Position numbers and translations under genes: made by a program
Source: Syntrophobacterales bacterium
Lineage (GTDB): Bacteria > Desulfobacterota > Syntrophia > Syntrophales > UBA8958
Length of the DNA stretch: 62,792 bases
Reading direction: 5' to 3'
Assembly (NCBI GenBank): GCA_018056545.1
Contig: JAGPFL010000002.1
Coordinates: 1 to 62,792, forward strand
Part shown: positions 27,946 through 38,500 of the stretch, piece after piece
Position numbering within the stretch: the first letter of the stretch is position 1
Layout: the number at the start of each line of letters is the position of its first letter
Notes under the pieces: generated by a model
What the model was told of the DNA's origin: nothing
Databases searched by the model: none
What the model saw: only the letters and a program-made list of their open reading frames with translations

Positions 27946-29382
27946 TCAAGAAGCGGCCGGGACGTCCCCCGACAGGGCCCGGTGGATGGCCTGGGCGGCC
28001 TTGCGGCCCGCCCCCATGGCCAGGATGACCGTGGCGGAACCGGTGACGATGTCCCCCCCGGCATAGACGCCGGATCGGGTCGTTTCCCCCGACTCGCCCT
28101 TGACGACGATATAGCCCCGACGATTTGTCTCCAGCCCCGGGGTCGTGGCGGGGACAATGGGGTTGGCCATGGTCCCCACGGCAACCACGACGGTGTCCAC
28201 CGCGATGACGAATTCCGATCCGGGAACGGGTACGGGACTGCGGCGACCCGAGGCGTCCGGTTCCCCCAACTCCATGCGGAGGCACTTGACGCCTTGCACC
28301 CAGCCGTTCTCGCCCAGATACTCCACGGGATTGGTCAGCAAATGGAACTGCACCCCCTCTTCCTTGGCGTGATGGACCTCCTCTTTCCGGGCGGGCATCT
28401 CCACCTCGCTGCGCCGGTAGATGATATAGGCGTTGTCCGCCCCGAGGCGCAGGGCGGTGCGGACCGAGTCCATGGCCACATTGCCCCCGCCGATCACGGC
28501 CACGTTCTTGCCCCGGACGATGGGGGTGTCGTATTCGGGAAACCGGTAGGCCTTCATGAGGTTCGAGCGGGTCAGGTATTCATTGGCCGAGTAGATGCCG
28601 CTCAGGTTTTCGCCGGGAATGTTCATGAACACCGGCGCCCCGGCTCCGACCGCGATATAGACGGCGTCGAAACCCGCCGCAAAAAGCTCGTCCACGGTGT
28701 GCAGACGACCGATGACGGCGTTGACGACGATCTTGACGCCCAGTTTGCGCAGATAGTCCACCTCGGCCTCCACGATCGCCTTGGGGAGACGGAATTCGGG
28801 AATTCCGTAAACCAGGACGCCTCCGGCCTTGTGGAGGGCCTCGAAAACCGTGATATCGTAACCGAGTTTGACGAGATCCCCGGCGATGGTCAATCCCGAC
28901 GGGCCGGCGCCCACCACGGCAATCTTTTTCCCCTTCGGCGGCGCCACCTCCGGAACGGTCACGGCGCCCCGTTCCCGTTCGTAATCGGCGGCGAATCTCT
29001 CCAGACGGCCGATGGCCACGGGTTCCCCCTTCTTGCCCAGGATGCAGGTCTTCTCGCACTGGTCCTCCTGGGGGCAGACCCGACCGCAGACGGCGGGGAG
29101 GCTGTTGGTCTCCTTCAGGGTCCGGGCGGCACCCAGGAAATCGCCCGCGGCGATCTGCTTTATGAATTCGGGGATCTTCACATCCACCGGGCATCCCGCC
29201 ACACAGCCCGGCTTCTTGCACTGGATACACCGCGCCGCCTCCCGCATGGCCGTTTCCGGCGCATAACCGAGCGGCACCTCGTCGAAATTCCTGATCCGCT
29301 CCCCGGGATCCTGCTCCGGCATGACCTGACGGGGAATTTTCTCCTTTTTGGGTTTCTCGATCGTTTCTTCCATCTTCCTCAC
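27946..29382 (-). CDS. nfnB: NfnB / SudA-type NADPH-dependent glutamate synthase small-subunit-like oxidoreductase
   Basis: 478 aa. It has N-terminal 2x[4Fe-4S] Cys motifs and two dinucleotide folds (VVGAGPSGLT, VIGGGNVAMD). It sits next to an NfnA/SudB-like gene. Confidence 0.8.
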   Translation of the reverse strand: MRKMEETIEKPKKEKIPRQVMPEQDPGERIRNFDEVPLGYAPETAMREAARCIQCKKPGCVAGCPVDVKIPEFIKQIAAGDFLGAARTLKETNSLPAVCGRVCPQEDQCEKTCILGKKGEPVAIGRLERFAADYERERGAVTVPEVAPPKGKKIAVVGAGPSGLTIAGDLVKLGYDITVFEALHKAGGVLVYGIPEFRLPKAIVEAEVDYLRKLGVKIVVNAVIGRLHTVDELFAAGFDAVYIAVGAGAPVFMNIPGENLSGIYSANEYLTRSNLMKAYRFPEYDTPIVRGKNVAVIGGGNVAMDSVRTALRLGADNAYIIYRRSEVEMPARKEEVHHAKEEGVQFHLLTNPVEYLGENGWVQGVKCLRMELGEPDASGRRSPVPVPGSEFVIAVDTVVVAVGTMANPIVPATTPGLETNRRGYIVVKGESGETTRSGVYAGGDIVTGSATVILAMGAGRKAAQAIHRALSGDVPAAS

Positions 29383-29549
29383 TGTGTCCCTGTTGCTTTA
29401 TCGCTCCGTTCCGGGAAGGCAGCCCTCAAAGGAGCGAAGTAACCTCACCTTTCCAGAAGATCCTCTCTGACGGCAAAAATGGGCGTCAACGGTTTTTTCC
29501 CGAATATGTAACGCCCGAAAACGACGTGGCCGTTCCCCGAAAGCTCCGC

Positions 29550-30386
29550 CTAATTTCCCTGCCATCCGCACCGGTGCCGTTCGTAGGACTCCCCCTCCTG
29601 GGCACAGTACATCCGCAGGCGGCTGGTCAACAAGTCAAAATCCACCTCATGGCCGTCGAACTCCGGCCCGTCCACACAGGTGAATTTTGTCTTCCCCCCC
29701 ACGGCGACCCGGCAGGCGCCGCACATCCCCGTGGCATCCACCATGATGGCGTTCAGGCTGACGATGGTCTTGATCCCATACGGGCGGGTGAGATTGGCGA
29801 TCACCTTCATCATGGGCACGGGTCCGATGGCGAAGACCCGGTCGATCTTCTCCCCGGCATCGATAATACCCTGAAGGACGTTGCTGACAAACCCGTGGAC
29901 GCCATAGCTGCCGTCATCGGTGGCCACGATCAATTCGTGACTTGCCGCCCGCATTTCTGCTTCGAGAATAATCAGGGACCTGGTTCGGGCGCCGATAATG
30001 GAGGTTACCCGGTTGCCCGCCTCCTTGAGGGCTTTGGTGATGGGATAGATGACCCCCACACCCACACCGCCGCCGATACAGACCACATGGCCGTAGTTTT
30101 CGATCTCCGTGGGATTGCCCAGGGGTCCCTGAACATCCTGTATCTCATCCCCCACGGCAAGTTCGGACATGAGGGCCGTGGTCTTGCCCACGATCTGGTA
30201 GATGATCGTCACGGTTCCCTTTTCCCCGTCGGAATCCACGATGGTCAAGGGTATCCGCTCCCCCCGCTCGTTCACCTTGAGAACGAGAAACTGGCCCGCC
30301 CGGCGTTTCCGGGCGATCTCCGGCGCCTCCAGATCCATGCGGACCACACTGTCCGACAACTGCTCTTTATAAACGATCCTGCTCAA
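29550..30386 (-). CDS. nfnA: NfnA / SudB-type ferredoxin-NADP reductase-like subunit (FAD, [2Fe-2S])
   Basis: 278 aa with a PyrK-like fold. The C-terminus is GMCGACRV...FTCVDGPEFDGHEVDF. Confidence 0.8.
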   Translation of the reverse strand: MSRIVYKEQLSDSVVRMDLEAPEIARKRRAGQFLVLKVNERGERIPLTIVDSDGEKGTVTIIYQIVGKTTALMSELAVGDEIQDVQGPLGNPTEIENYGHVVCIGGGVGVGVIYPITKALKEAGNRVTSIIGARTRSLIILEAEMRAASHELIVATDDGSYGVHGFVSNVLQGIIDAGEKIDRVFAIGPVPMMKVIANLTRPYGIKTIVSLNAIMVDATGMCGACRVAVGGKTKFTCVDGPEFDGHEVDFDLLTSRLRMYCAQEGESYERHRCGWQGN

Positions 30387-30479
30387 GAATTTTCTCCTTT
30401 TTTGTGCTCAGATACGCAGAAGGAGCCGGCAAGGCTCCTTCTGATCGACCATGGAATATGCGGAAAAGCTAAGGAAAAA

Positions 30480-31319
30480 TCAAAAATCCCTTGTCAATTT
30501 ATCAAGTTCCGCGAAAGTGAAGACGGGGCCGTCCTTGCAGACGTATTTGCTTCCCACGTTGCACCGCCCGCACTTGCCGATACCACACTTCATCCGCATC
30601 TCCAGGGAGGTGATGATGTTTTCCTTGGAGAAACCGAGTTCAAAGAACACCGGGAGGGTGAAGCGGATCATGATGGGCGGACCGCAGATGACCGTCACGG
30701 CGTTTTCCGGGCTGGGGCCGACCTCCTTGCAGACCGTGGGCACGAAACCCTCCCGGCCCTTCCAGTTGGCGTCACCCTTGTCCACCGTCACGTTCAGATC
30801 GATATCGTCCCGTTTACTCCAGGCCTCCAGCTCGTCCTTGTAGATGAGGAGCCCGGGGTTGCGGGCGCCGTAAACCACCGTAATCTTTCCGAAACGCTTT
30901 CGGTTGTCGCCGAAGGTCATGTAATTGATCAGGGAGCGCAGGGTCGTAAAGGCAAAACCGCCGCCGACGATGACGACATTCTTTCCCTCGAGATATTCTA
31001 TGGGCCAGGAATTTCCCAGGGGGCCCCGGAGACCCATCCGCGTCCCCACCTCCATCTCGTGTAGGGCCGAGGTGACGACGCCGGCCTTCTGGACCGTGAA
31101 TTCCACATAGCCCGGCTGGGTCGGCGAAGAAGCGATGCCGATGGGTGATTCTCCCTTGCCGAAAAGGGACAATTCGGCGAACTGGCCGGGGATGTACTTG
31201 AATTTCTCCTCGTCTTCCTTGTTCACGAAGGCCAGACGGAAGGTCTTGATATCCTTCGTATCCACCTCGGTGACGATCTTTATGACCTCGACAGGATAGG
31301 GTATGTAAGGGTTTTGCAT
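30480..31319 (-). CDS. FAD/NAD(P)-binding iron-sulfur oxidoreductase (FlxA / AsrB / HydG-like)
   Basis: 279 aa with a ferredoxin-reductase-type fold. The C-terminal cluster motif is CGIGKCGRCNVG...VCKDGPVF. Confidence 0.75.
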   Translation of the reverse strand: MQNPYIPYPVEVIKIVTEVDTKDIKTFRLAFVNKEDEEKFKYIPGQFAELSLFGKGESPIGIASSPTQPGYVEFTVQKAGVVTSALHEMEVGTRMGLRGPLGNSWPIEYLEGKNVVIVGGGFAFTTLRSLINYMTFGDNRKRFGKITVVYGARNPGLLIYKDELEAWSKRDDIDLNVTVDKGDANWKGREGFVPTVCKEVGPSPENAVTVICGPPIMIRFTLPVFFELGFSKENIITSLEMRMKCGIGKCGRCNVGSKYVCKDGPVFTFAELDKLTRDF

Positions 31320-31334
31320 GACTTTCTCCCAGCT

Positions 31335-32357
31335 CTATAGTTTCGATATATCGGTGACGATCTTCCGGATGTCGATATTTACGGGGCAGTACATGACACA
31401 GCGGCCGCAGCCCACGCAGGCAATGGCGTTGAAATTCTCCGGGTAGTAACTGAATTTGTGCATCGCCCGCTGGCGCCACCGCTCCTTCTGGGTGGGGCGG
31501 GGATTGTGACCCGACGTCTCCTTGGTGAACATGGGAAACATGCAGGAATCCCAGTTCCGCAGACGCCGGCCGTCGCTCCGCATCATCTCGTCGGAGATGT
31601 CGAAGCAATGACAGGTGGGACACAGGAAGGTGCAGGTCCCGCAGGCGAGACAGCGCTGATGGACGGTGTTCCAGAAGGGGCTGTTGAAGTTGGCGTCCAT
31701 GATCGGTTTGACTTCCCGGCCGGGGATGTGGGATTTGATCTCCGCCGCCGCCTGAGCGGCGATGGCTTCCTTCTTCGCCTCGGCGGCGGCATCGGCCTTG
31801 TCCCCGCCGAAATGACCCAGGAGTTTCTCCCCCTTGGGGGTGATGAATTCCGCCAGATAATGGTCGCCCAGATCGGTGAGCAGGACATCCGCCCCGTCGG
31901 CGGCCACGGGATGACCGTCCACGGAGGTGCAGAAGCACGTGGCGTAGGGGGGGTGAACGCAGGCCAGGGCGACGATCGTGGTCTTTTCCCGCTTGTCGAT
32001 GTAATAGGGATCCCGGTACTTCTCCTGATCGAAGAGCATATCCAGCAGGACATAGCTTCGGGCGTCACAGGGCCGCACCCCGAAAAGGACGGCTTTCTCC
32101 GCTTCTTTCTGGCCGGCGGTGAATTCCACACCTTTAGGCGTCCGGGTATAGCGCAGCATGACCTCGCTACGGGGGAAGAAGAAGTTCTTGGGGGCGTTTT
32201 TGCTGTTGGCATAATTCAGGAACGCCTCCTCTCCTTTCTCCAGCGCCTTGAAGAGGACATTGTCTTCCACCTTCACCGGGGCAAAAACTGTTGCCTCTTG
32301 AGCGATCTTCCCGATGATCCCTGTCAGAGCGTCTTTTTTGATCAACCGTTTTTCCAT
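31335..32357 (-). CDS. 4Fe-4S dicluster protein (FlxB / AsrA / HydB-like)
   Basis: Starts at MEKRLIKK (ATG 32357, AAGGA RBS). Cys motifs are CLACGTCTFLCPTCHC and CVGCGRCVMYCP. Confidence 0.75.
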   Translation of the reverse strand: MEKRLIKKDALTGIIGKIAQEATVFAPVKVEDNVLFKALEKGEEAFLNYANSKNAPKNFFFPRSEVMLRYTRTPKGVEFTAGQKEAEKAVLFGVRPCDARSYVLLDMLFDQEKYRDPYYIDKREKTTIVALACVHPPYATCFCTSVDGHPVAADGADVLLTDLGDHYLAEFITPKGEKLLGHFGGDKADAAAEAKKEAIAAQAAAEIKSHIPGREVKPIMDANFNSPFWNTVHQRCLACGTCTFLCPTCHCFDISDEMMRSDGRRLRNWDSCMFPMFTKETSGHNPRPTQKERWRQRAMHKFSYYPENFNAIACVGCGRCVMYCPVNIDIRKIVTDISKL

Positions 32358-32395
32358 ATCGTCCTTCAGTATGAGAAATTGTGGATATATTATTC

Positions 32396-33250
32396 TTAAA
32401 GGAGCCCGAGGCTGCTGACCAGCGGTACGGGGTCCACATTGTGCAGCTTGAACCACCCGGCGGTCCCCGGCAGACCCAGGGACAGCGAAACGAGTTCCGT
32501 GAAGTAGAAGACCGGCAACCGCAGATTCTCGCTGGCCCGGGCATCGAGATTCGCCATGCAGACCGGACAGGCAGTGACGACGCAGTTGGCCCCGGCCTCC
32601 CGGGCCATGGTCATGAGCTTGTCCACCAGTTTCCCGACGATATCCGTCCGGCTGATGGTGAGGCTGCCGCCGCAGCAGTCCGTTTTGTAAGACCAGTTCT
32701 TCACGTCCGCCCCCAGGGTGGCGAGGATCTCGTCCAACATGTAGGGATTTTCGTAATTCTCGAAGTTGCAGACCTCGGGGGGCCGGACCAGGAGGCAGCC
32801 GTAATAGGACACGGGACGTAACCCGGTGAGTTTCTTGATCACCTTGTCCTTCAGGGCGTCCAGACCGATGTCGTGGTAGAGGATATCGATGGGGTTCTTG
32901 ACGCTCAGTCCCGGGACGTACTTCTGTCCCACAATACCCTCCACCTCCGTCTTGAGGCCCTGATCATGATCGAGATGGTGCTGTGCCGACTTGAAACGGT
33001 TGAAGCAGGCGGCGCAGGGCACCATCATCTCCTTGAGGTCCCCCTTGCCGGCAATCATGAGATTCCGGGCGGGAAGGGCCACGGAGAGCTTGAAGTTCGT
33101 GGCATGTCCCGAGGTGGCGCCGCAGCAGGACCAATCGTCGATTTCTTTCAGCTCGATCCCCAGGGCGCGACTCATGGCCTTGACGGACTGATCGTATTCT
33201 TTCGCCGTCCCGTGTAGGGAACATCCCGGATAATATGAAACTTTCAACAC
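32396..33250 (-). CDS. hdrB: heterodisulfide reductase subunit B-like (two CCG domains)
   Basis: 284 aa with CCG motifs WSCCGA...PCAACF and TDCCGG...ACPVCM. Confidence 0.85.
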   Translation of the reverse strand: MLKVSYYPGCSLHGTAKEYDQSVKAMSRALGIELKEIDDWSCCGATSGHATNFKLSVALPARNLMIAGKGDLKEMMVPCAACFNRFKSAQHHLDHDQGLKTEVEGIVGQKYVPGLSVKNPIDILYHDIGLDALKDKVIKKLTGLRPVSYYGCLLVRPPEVCNFENYENPYMLDEILATLGADVKNWSYKTDCCGGSLTISRTDIVGKLVDKLMTMAREAGANCVVTACPVCMANLDARASENLRLPVFYFTELVSLSLGLPGTAGWFKLHNVDPVPLVSSLGLL

Positions 33251-33276
33251 TTGCCTCCTTGCTGTCGCTTACCGCG

Positions 33277-33885
33277 TCACGCGTTTTTCGTTTTGTCGAA
33301 TATCTTCCGGACCGCATCGAGATCCCGGGTCTTGGGGGAGACCAGAGACAATTTGCCCTTCATGAACATGGAAATGCCCAGGCCCATATCGGAGAAGAGG
33401 TCCCCGGATTTGAGCTTGTAGTCCACCATCATGAACGGCTCGTTGATCCGGCCCCGGGATTTGATGCTGGCCAGGAACGCCTCGTGGAAGGAGAGGACGT
33501 TCTTTTCCCTGGCCCCGATGCCGGCGGCGATGGCCATTTCCCTAAGGGCATCCATCATGCGGGCGATATCCACCTCGTTGGGGCAGCGGGTGATGCAGGT
33601 TTCACAGGATGCGCAGAGCCAGATGGTGGAACTTCCCAGGACCTCGTTTTTCATCCCCATCTGGATCATCCTGATGACCTTGTTGGGGTTGTGTTCCATG
33701 GCGAAGGCCAGGGGGCACCCGGCGGTGCACTTCCGGCAGTGATAGCAACGCTGCAGGGGCACGCCGTTGATCTTTTCGTTTACTTCTTCCAGAAAGGTCT
33801 TCATGTTGACTCCATTCGCCGTTCGGTCATCCTCGGTTAAGGGCAGACAGCCGTAGGATTTGACCAGGACCTTGTTGCCGGTCAT
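33277..33885 (-). CDS. hdrC: heterodisulfide reductase subunit C-like
   Basis: 202 aa with CYHCRKCTAGCP and CASCETCITRCP. The ATG is 3 nt after the upstream stop. Confidence 0.85.
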   Translation of the reverse strand: MTGNKVLVKSYGCLPLTEDDRTANGVNMKTFLEEVNEKINGVPLQRCYHCRKCTAGCPLAFAMEHNPNKVIRMIQMGMKNEVLGSSTIWLCASCETCITRCPNEVDIARMMDALREMAIAAGIGAREKNVLSFHEAFLASIKSRGRINEPFMMVDYKLKSGDLFSDMGLGISMFMKGKLSLVSPKTRDLDAVRKIFDKTKNA

Positions 33886-33888
33886 AAT

Positions 33889-34899
33889 TTAGGGGTTATA
33901 GATAAAATCTTCCTTGTCGTGCTCCTTGAAGGTGGAAAGGGGCGGCGGATCGTCGAGGGACGAGCCCGCCCGGTTGCCGAAGAAGTCGAAGGCGTCCTTG
34001 TCGAGCTTCTTGAGGAATTTCCTCAGATCCACCCCCATGGGACAGACGGACACACAGGAACCGCAGTCCACGCAACGCCCCACCATGTGGTACAGCCGCA
34101 TGAACTGGAACACCTGGGTATCCGTGGCATCCTCGCCGAGACCCACCCACTGGGGCTGGGTCTGCTCGACGAAACAGATCTTACAGTAACAGGAGGGACA
34201 GGCCTGGCGGCAGGCGTAACAGCGGATGCACTTGGACATCTCCTTGGTGAAATATGCCCAGCGCTCCTCCGGCGGCAGTTTCTCGAAGGCCTCCACCGCG
34301 GCGTATTCCTCCGCCGCCCCCGCCATGGCCGAGGCCGGCTCGCCGACCATGACATCGTTGAGGACGGGATTGTTGAACTTGCAGGTCCGGCAATTGTCCG
34401 CCAGGACGTCCGCCAGGAGGACTTCCTTCTTTCCCCCCGCCGTCTGGACGACCAGTTTGTCTCCCGTCAGGGATCCCTCCCGGATGTCCGCACCGTCCAG
34501 AACCGCCGCCAGGGCCTTGCGATCCACATAACCGGTGCAGGGCACGCCGATGATCACCACCTCTTCCCGCCCGTACTGCCGCTCCTGAAGATGGAGCACC
34601 AGGGAACGGGTGGTGCAGCCTCGGGCCACGACACCCACCACCTTTTTCTTCCGGTCCTCCGGTTTGACCCGTTTCTGGGCTTCCCGGTGCTGGGAGATCA
34701 GGTCATGGACGTACTTGGCCAGATTCTGGGTACAAAAGGCGTTCCAGACGAGCTTGTCCGCGTCCTCCGGATTCGTGATGAAACAGGGCGTCGCCGTCAG
34801 GGGCAGGGTGCCCGCCTCGTAACCCACCAAGGCATCCACCCTCTTTTCCTCCAGGAGCCGTTTTGCCTCTTCCCTTAGCTTTTTCTCGATGTTTTCCAC
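33889..34899 (-). CDS. iron-sulfur protein (FlxC / FrhB-like N-domain plus 2x[4Fe-4S])
   Basis: CIRCYACRQACPSCYC and CVDCGSCVSVCPMG. The GTG at 34899 has a GAGGA RBS. The ORF-track GTG at 34962 is the alternative start. Confidence 0.7.
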   Translation of the reverse strand: MENIEKKLREEAKRLLEEKRVDALVGYEAGTLPLTATPCFITNPEDADKLVWNAFCTQNLAKYVHDLISQHREAQKRVKPEDRKKKVVGVVARGCTTRSLVLHLQERQYGREEVVIIGVPCTGYVDRKALAAVLDGADIREGSLTGDKLVVQTAGGKKEVLLADVLADNCRTCKFNNPVLNDVMVGEPASAMAGAAEEYAAVEAFEKLPPEERWAYFTKEMSKCIRCYACRQACPSCYCKICFVEQTQPQWVGLGEDATDTQVFQFMRLYHMVGRCVDCGSCVSVCPMGVDLRKFLKKLDKDAFDFFGNRAGSSLDDPPPLSTFKEHDKEDFIYNP

Positions 34900-34983
34900 T
34901 TTATCTGAATCCTCGAATTTGTATTTTCTATGGCATGGCCGACGCCGGGCCGGCCGCCGCACCCGGCATCCCCAAAACGGTCT

Positions 34984-35421
34984 TTACAGGGTCTTCACCA
35001 GCTTCGTCGCCGGACCGAGGGCCTGGACCTTGGCGGTCACGCCCTTGATGACATTGGCGAAACGTTCTCCCTCCGAGGCGGAAATCCAGGTAAAGATCGC
35101 CCGGTCACCTTCCACTCCGATGTAGTCCAGGAAACTTTTCAACGTCGCAAACTTGCGGCGCGCCACCATATTTCCTGAAATGTAGTGGCATTCACCGGGG
35201 TGTCAACCGGAAACCAGCACGCCGTCGGCTCCCGTCTGCAGCGCCTTCACGACGTAAAAGGGGTTGATCCTTCCCGTGCAGGGAACGCGCACGATGCGCA
35301 CGTTCGGCGGATACTGAATCCTGCTGATGCCGGCCAGATCGGCGCCGGCGTAAGTACACCAGTTGCAGACGATGGCGACGATCTTGGGCACCCATTCCTT
35401 GTTTGCTACACTTTCACCCAT
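34984..35421 (-). CDS. mvhD: MvhD/FlxD-type methyl-viologen-reducing hydrogenase delta subunit, selenocysteine-containing (TGA at 35203-35205 read as Sec)
   Basis: Two track ORFs (35203..35421 and 34984..35169) share one frame. Read-through gives [19 protein letters not shown]...[28 protein letters not shown]..., a full-length MvhD. A SECIS-like hairpin lies 13 nt after the TGA. Confidence 0.75.
35162..35189 (-). other. SECIS-like stem-loop
   Basis: The minus strand reads GCCACUACAUUU-CAGG-AAAUAUGGUGGC. That is 12 stacked positions with one C.A mismatch and one G.U. It starts 13 nt downstream of the UGA. Confidence 0.55.
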
Positions 35422-35527
35422 ATATTCTCCTTCCCGTGGCTATGCGGCTTTATCGGCCGTTGACCTTAGTTAGCAACCCACGCCACCGCGGCGGCACTTT
35501 ATCAAAGAGTAAATTCGGAAAATTTAC

Positions 35528-38500
35528 TCAGAAGATATTGTATATCTGCTCCAGCTCTTCTTCGTTGGTGAAACCGTTGAGATCCACGGCGTTCATCCGG
35601 CACGAGGCCGTGCACACCCCGCAGCCCTTGCACAGGACGGTGTTCACCTCCGCACAGGCCTCCACGACGTTCACCGAAATGGCGCCGAAGGGACAGTTCT
35701 GTTCACAGAGGCCGCAGGCGGCGCAACGCTCCTTGTTCACATAGGCCGTCTTCCCCTCCGCCTCGATGAAATCTTTGGTAAGGATGGTGCAGGCCCGGGA
35801 TACCGCGGCGTTGGCCTGGACAATGGCGTCCTCGCTGAGCTTCGGGGCATGGGCCATGCCGCACATGAAGACGCCGTCGGTGGCGAAATCCACAGGACGG
35901 AGCTTCACATGGGCCTCCAGGAAGAAGCCGTCCTGGTTCGTGGGCACCTTGAGCATCTTGCCGATTTCCTCGTTTTCCGGATTGGGCACGGTGCCTACGC
36001 TCAAGGCGAGCAACTCCGTCTTGAACTCCACCGGGGCGTTCATGATGGGATCGAAGACCCGGAGGGAAAGTTGGTCGCCCTGCTGGATCACCTCCGGTTT
36101 CCGGTCTTCGTCATAGCGGATGAACCGGACGTTCAGCTCCCGGGCCTTTTTGTAGTAGTCCTCCTTCAGGCCGAAGGTGCGGATGTCGCGGTAGAGGATG
36201 GTGACCTCCCGGGTCGGATCCAGCTCCTTGAGCTTCAGGGCGTTCTTCATGGCCTCGGAACAGCAGTAACGGCTGCAGTAAGGCCGCTCCGGAATCCGGG
36301 AACCCACACACTGGATCATGGTCACGCTGCGGGCCTTGAGGGCCTTGTCTTCCTTCTCGGCGATGAGCTTTTCCAGCTCCCGCTGGGTGACGACCTGGGG
36401 GGACTGACCGTAGAGATACTCCTTGGTTTCCAGCTCATAACCCCCGGTGGCCACGATGACCACCCCGTGCTCGAACTGTTCTTCCCCGTCCCTCGTCGTG
36501 ATGGTGGTCTTGTAGTTGCCGATGAAACCTTCGATCTTCTTGATGATCGCCCCGGTGTAGGCATGGATGAGCTTGCTGGCCTGAACCCTGTCCAGGAGGG
36601 ACTTCAGGTGCCGGCGGGTGTCCAGCCCCTCCAGGGTGTAGTAGAGCTTCCGGTAATTGCCGCCCAGGACCGGTTCCTTCTCTACGATATAGGACTCGTA
36701 GCCCTGATCGGCCAGGGAGAGGGCCGCGGTGATGCCGGCGAGACCGCCGCCGATGATGAGAGTGGCGTGATTAACCGTCAACTGCCCCGGTTTCAGGGGC
36801 TTGAGGAACTGTGCCTTGGCGACGGCCATCCGCACCAGATCCTTGGCCTTTTCCGTGGCCTCCTGGGGCTCGTGCATGTGCACCCAGGAGTTCTGATCGC
36901 GGATGTTGGCCATCTCGAAGAGATAGCGGTTGAGCCCCGCCTTCTCACAGTTCTCCTGGAAGAGCCCTTCGTGGGTCCGGGGGGAACAGGAGGCCACGAC
37001 CACCCGGGTCAGGTTCTGTTCCTTGATCACCTCGCCCATCTTCACCGCCGTATCCTGGGAGCAGGTAAAGAGATTGTCCGTGGCGAAGACGACGTTGGGC
37101 AGGGTCTTGCAGTATTCCACCACCTCGGGGACATTGACGACGCCGCCGATGTTGATGCCGCAATGGCATACGAAGACGCCCGTCCGGGGACCGAGGCCCC
37201 GGAGATCGGATTCCAGAGGCAGTTCTTCCTCCGTGATCATCGTCCCCCGCCGGGATGCCAGGATCCCCGCCGCGCAGGCCGCGGCGCCGCTGGCTTCCAT
37301 GACCGTCTCGGGGATGTCCTTGGGACCGCCGAAGGCGCCGCAGACGAAGACGCCGCTCCGGGACGTCTCCACGGGATTCTCCAAGGCGGTCTTGCAGAAG
37401 CCGTGCTCCTCGAGCTCGATCCCCAGGGCCTTCGCCAGCGCCGCCGCCTCCGGGGGCGGGCAGAGACCCACGGAGAGGACCACCATGTCGAATTCCTCCT
37501 CGATGAGGCTGCCGTCCTCCTGGACGTATTTCAGCAGCAGGTTCTTGGACTGCTGAAGTTCCTTGATCGTCGAGGGCATGGAGCGGATATAGCGGATCCC
37601 GTATTCGTCCTTCGCCCGGTTGACGAAGCGGTCGAAATCCTTGCCGTGGGCCCGGATATCCATGAAGAAGATCGTGGGTTCGAGCTCCTTGGCGTGTTCC
37701 TTGCCGATGATGGCCTCCTTGGTGGCATACATGCAGCAGACGGAGGAGCACCAACTGTTGCCGCAGGAGGTGTCGCGGGAACCGACACACTGGATGAAGG
37801 CGATTTTCTTCGGCTCCCGGCCGTCGGAGATGCGCTGGACATGGCCGAAATAGGGCCCCGAGGCGGAAAGGATCCGCTCGAACTGGATGCTGGTGACCAC
37901 GTTCTGGTAAATCCCGAAGCCGTATTCGCCCCGGAGCCGGGCGTCGAAAACCTCGAAACCCGGTGCGGCGATGACGGCGCCGACTTCGATGGTCTCCTCT
38001 TCGAAGGTGTCGTCATGGTTGATCGCCCCGGCGATACAGGCCTCGACGCACTGATAACATTCCGAACAGATCCCGCAGGCAAGACAGCGCTTGGCCTCCG
38101 CCACGGCCTCTTCCTCGGTGAAGCCGATGCCCACCTCCCGGAAGTTCGTTCTCCGGTCTTCCGGTTTCATGTGGGGGTATTTCCTTCGCGGGACCTTCGC
38201 GACCTTGGAGACGTCGGCCTTGTCGGCCAAATTCTTGGTCCAGTCCTTCGCCCGGCCCGCCGCCACGTCCTCGCCCCGGAGATACCGGTCGATGGAGACC
38301 GCCGCCTCCTTACCGGCATAGACGGCCTTCACCACCGTCGCGGGACCGGTGACCACGTCGCCGCCGGCAAAGACACCCGGGGTGGTCGTGGCGAAGGTCA
38401 CCGGATCGACGTCGAAATTCTTCCACTTGTTGATGGCGATGCCGCTCTCTTTGGGGACGAAATCGAGATCCGCCTCTTGGCCGATGGCGGGGATCAGGGC

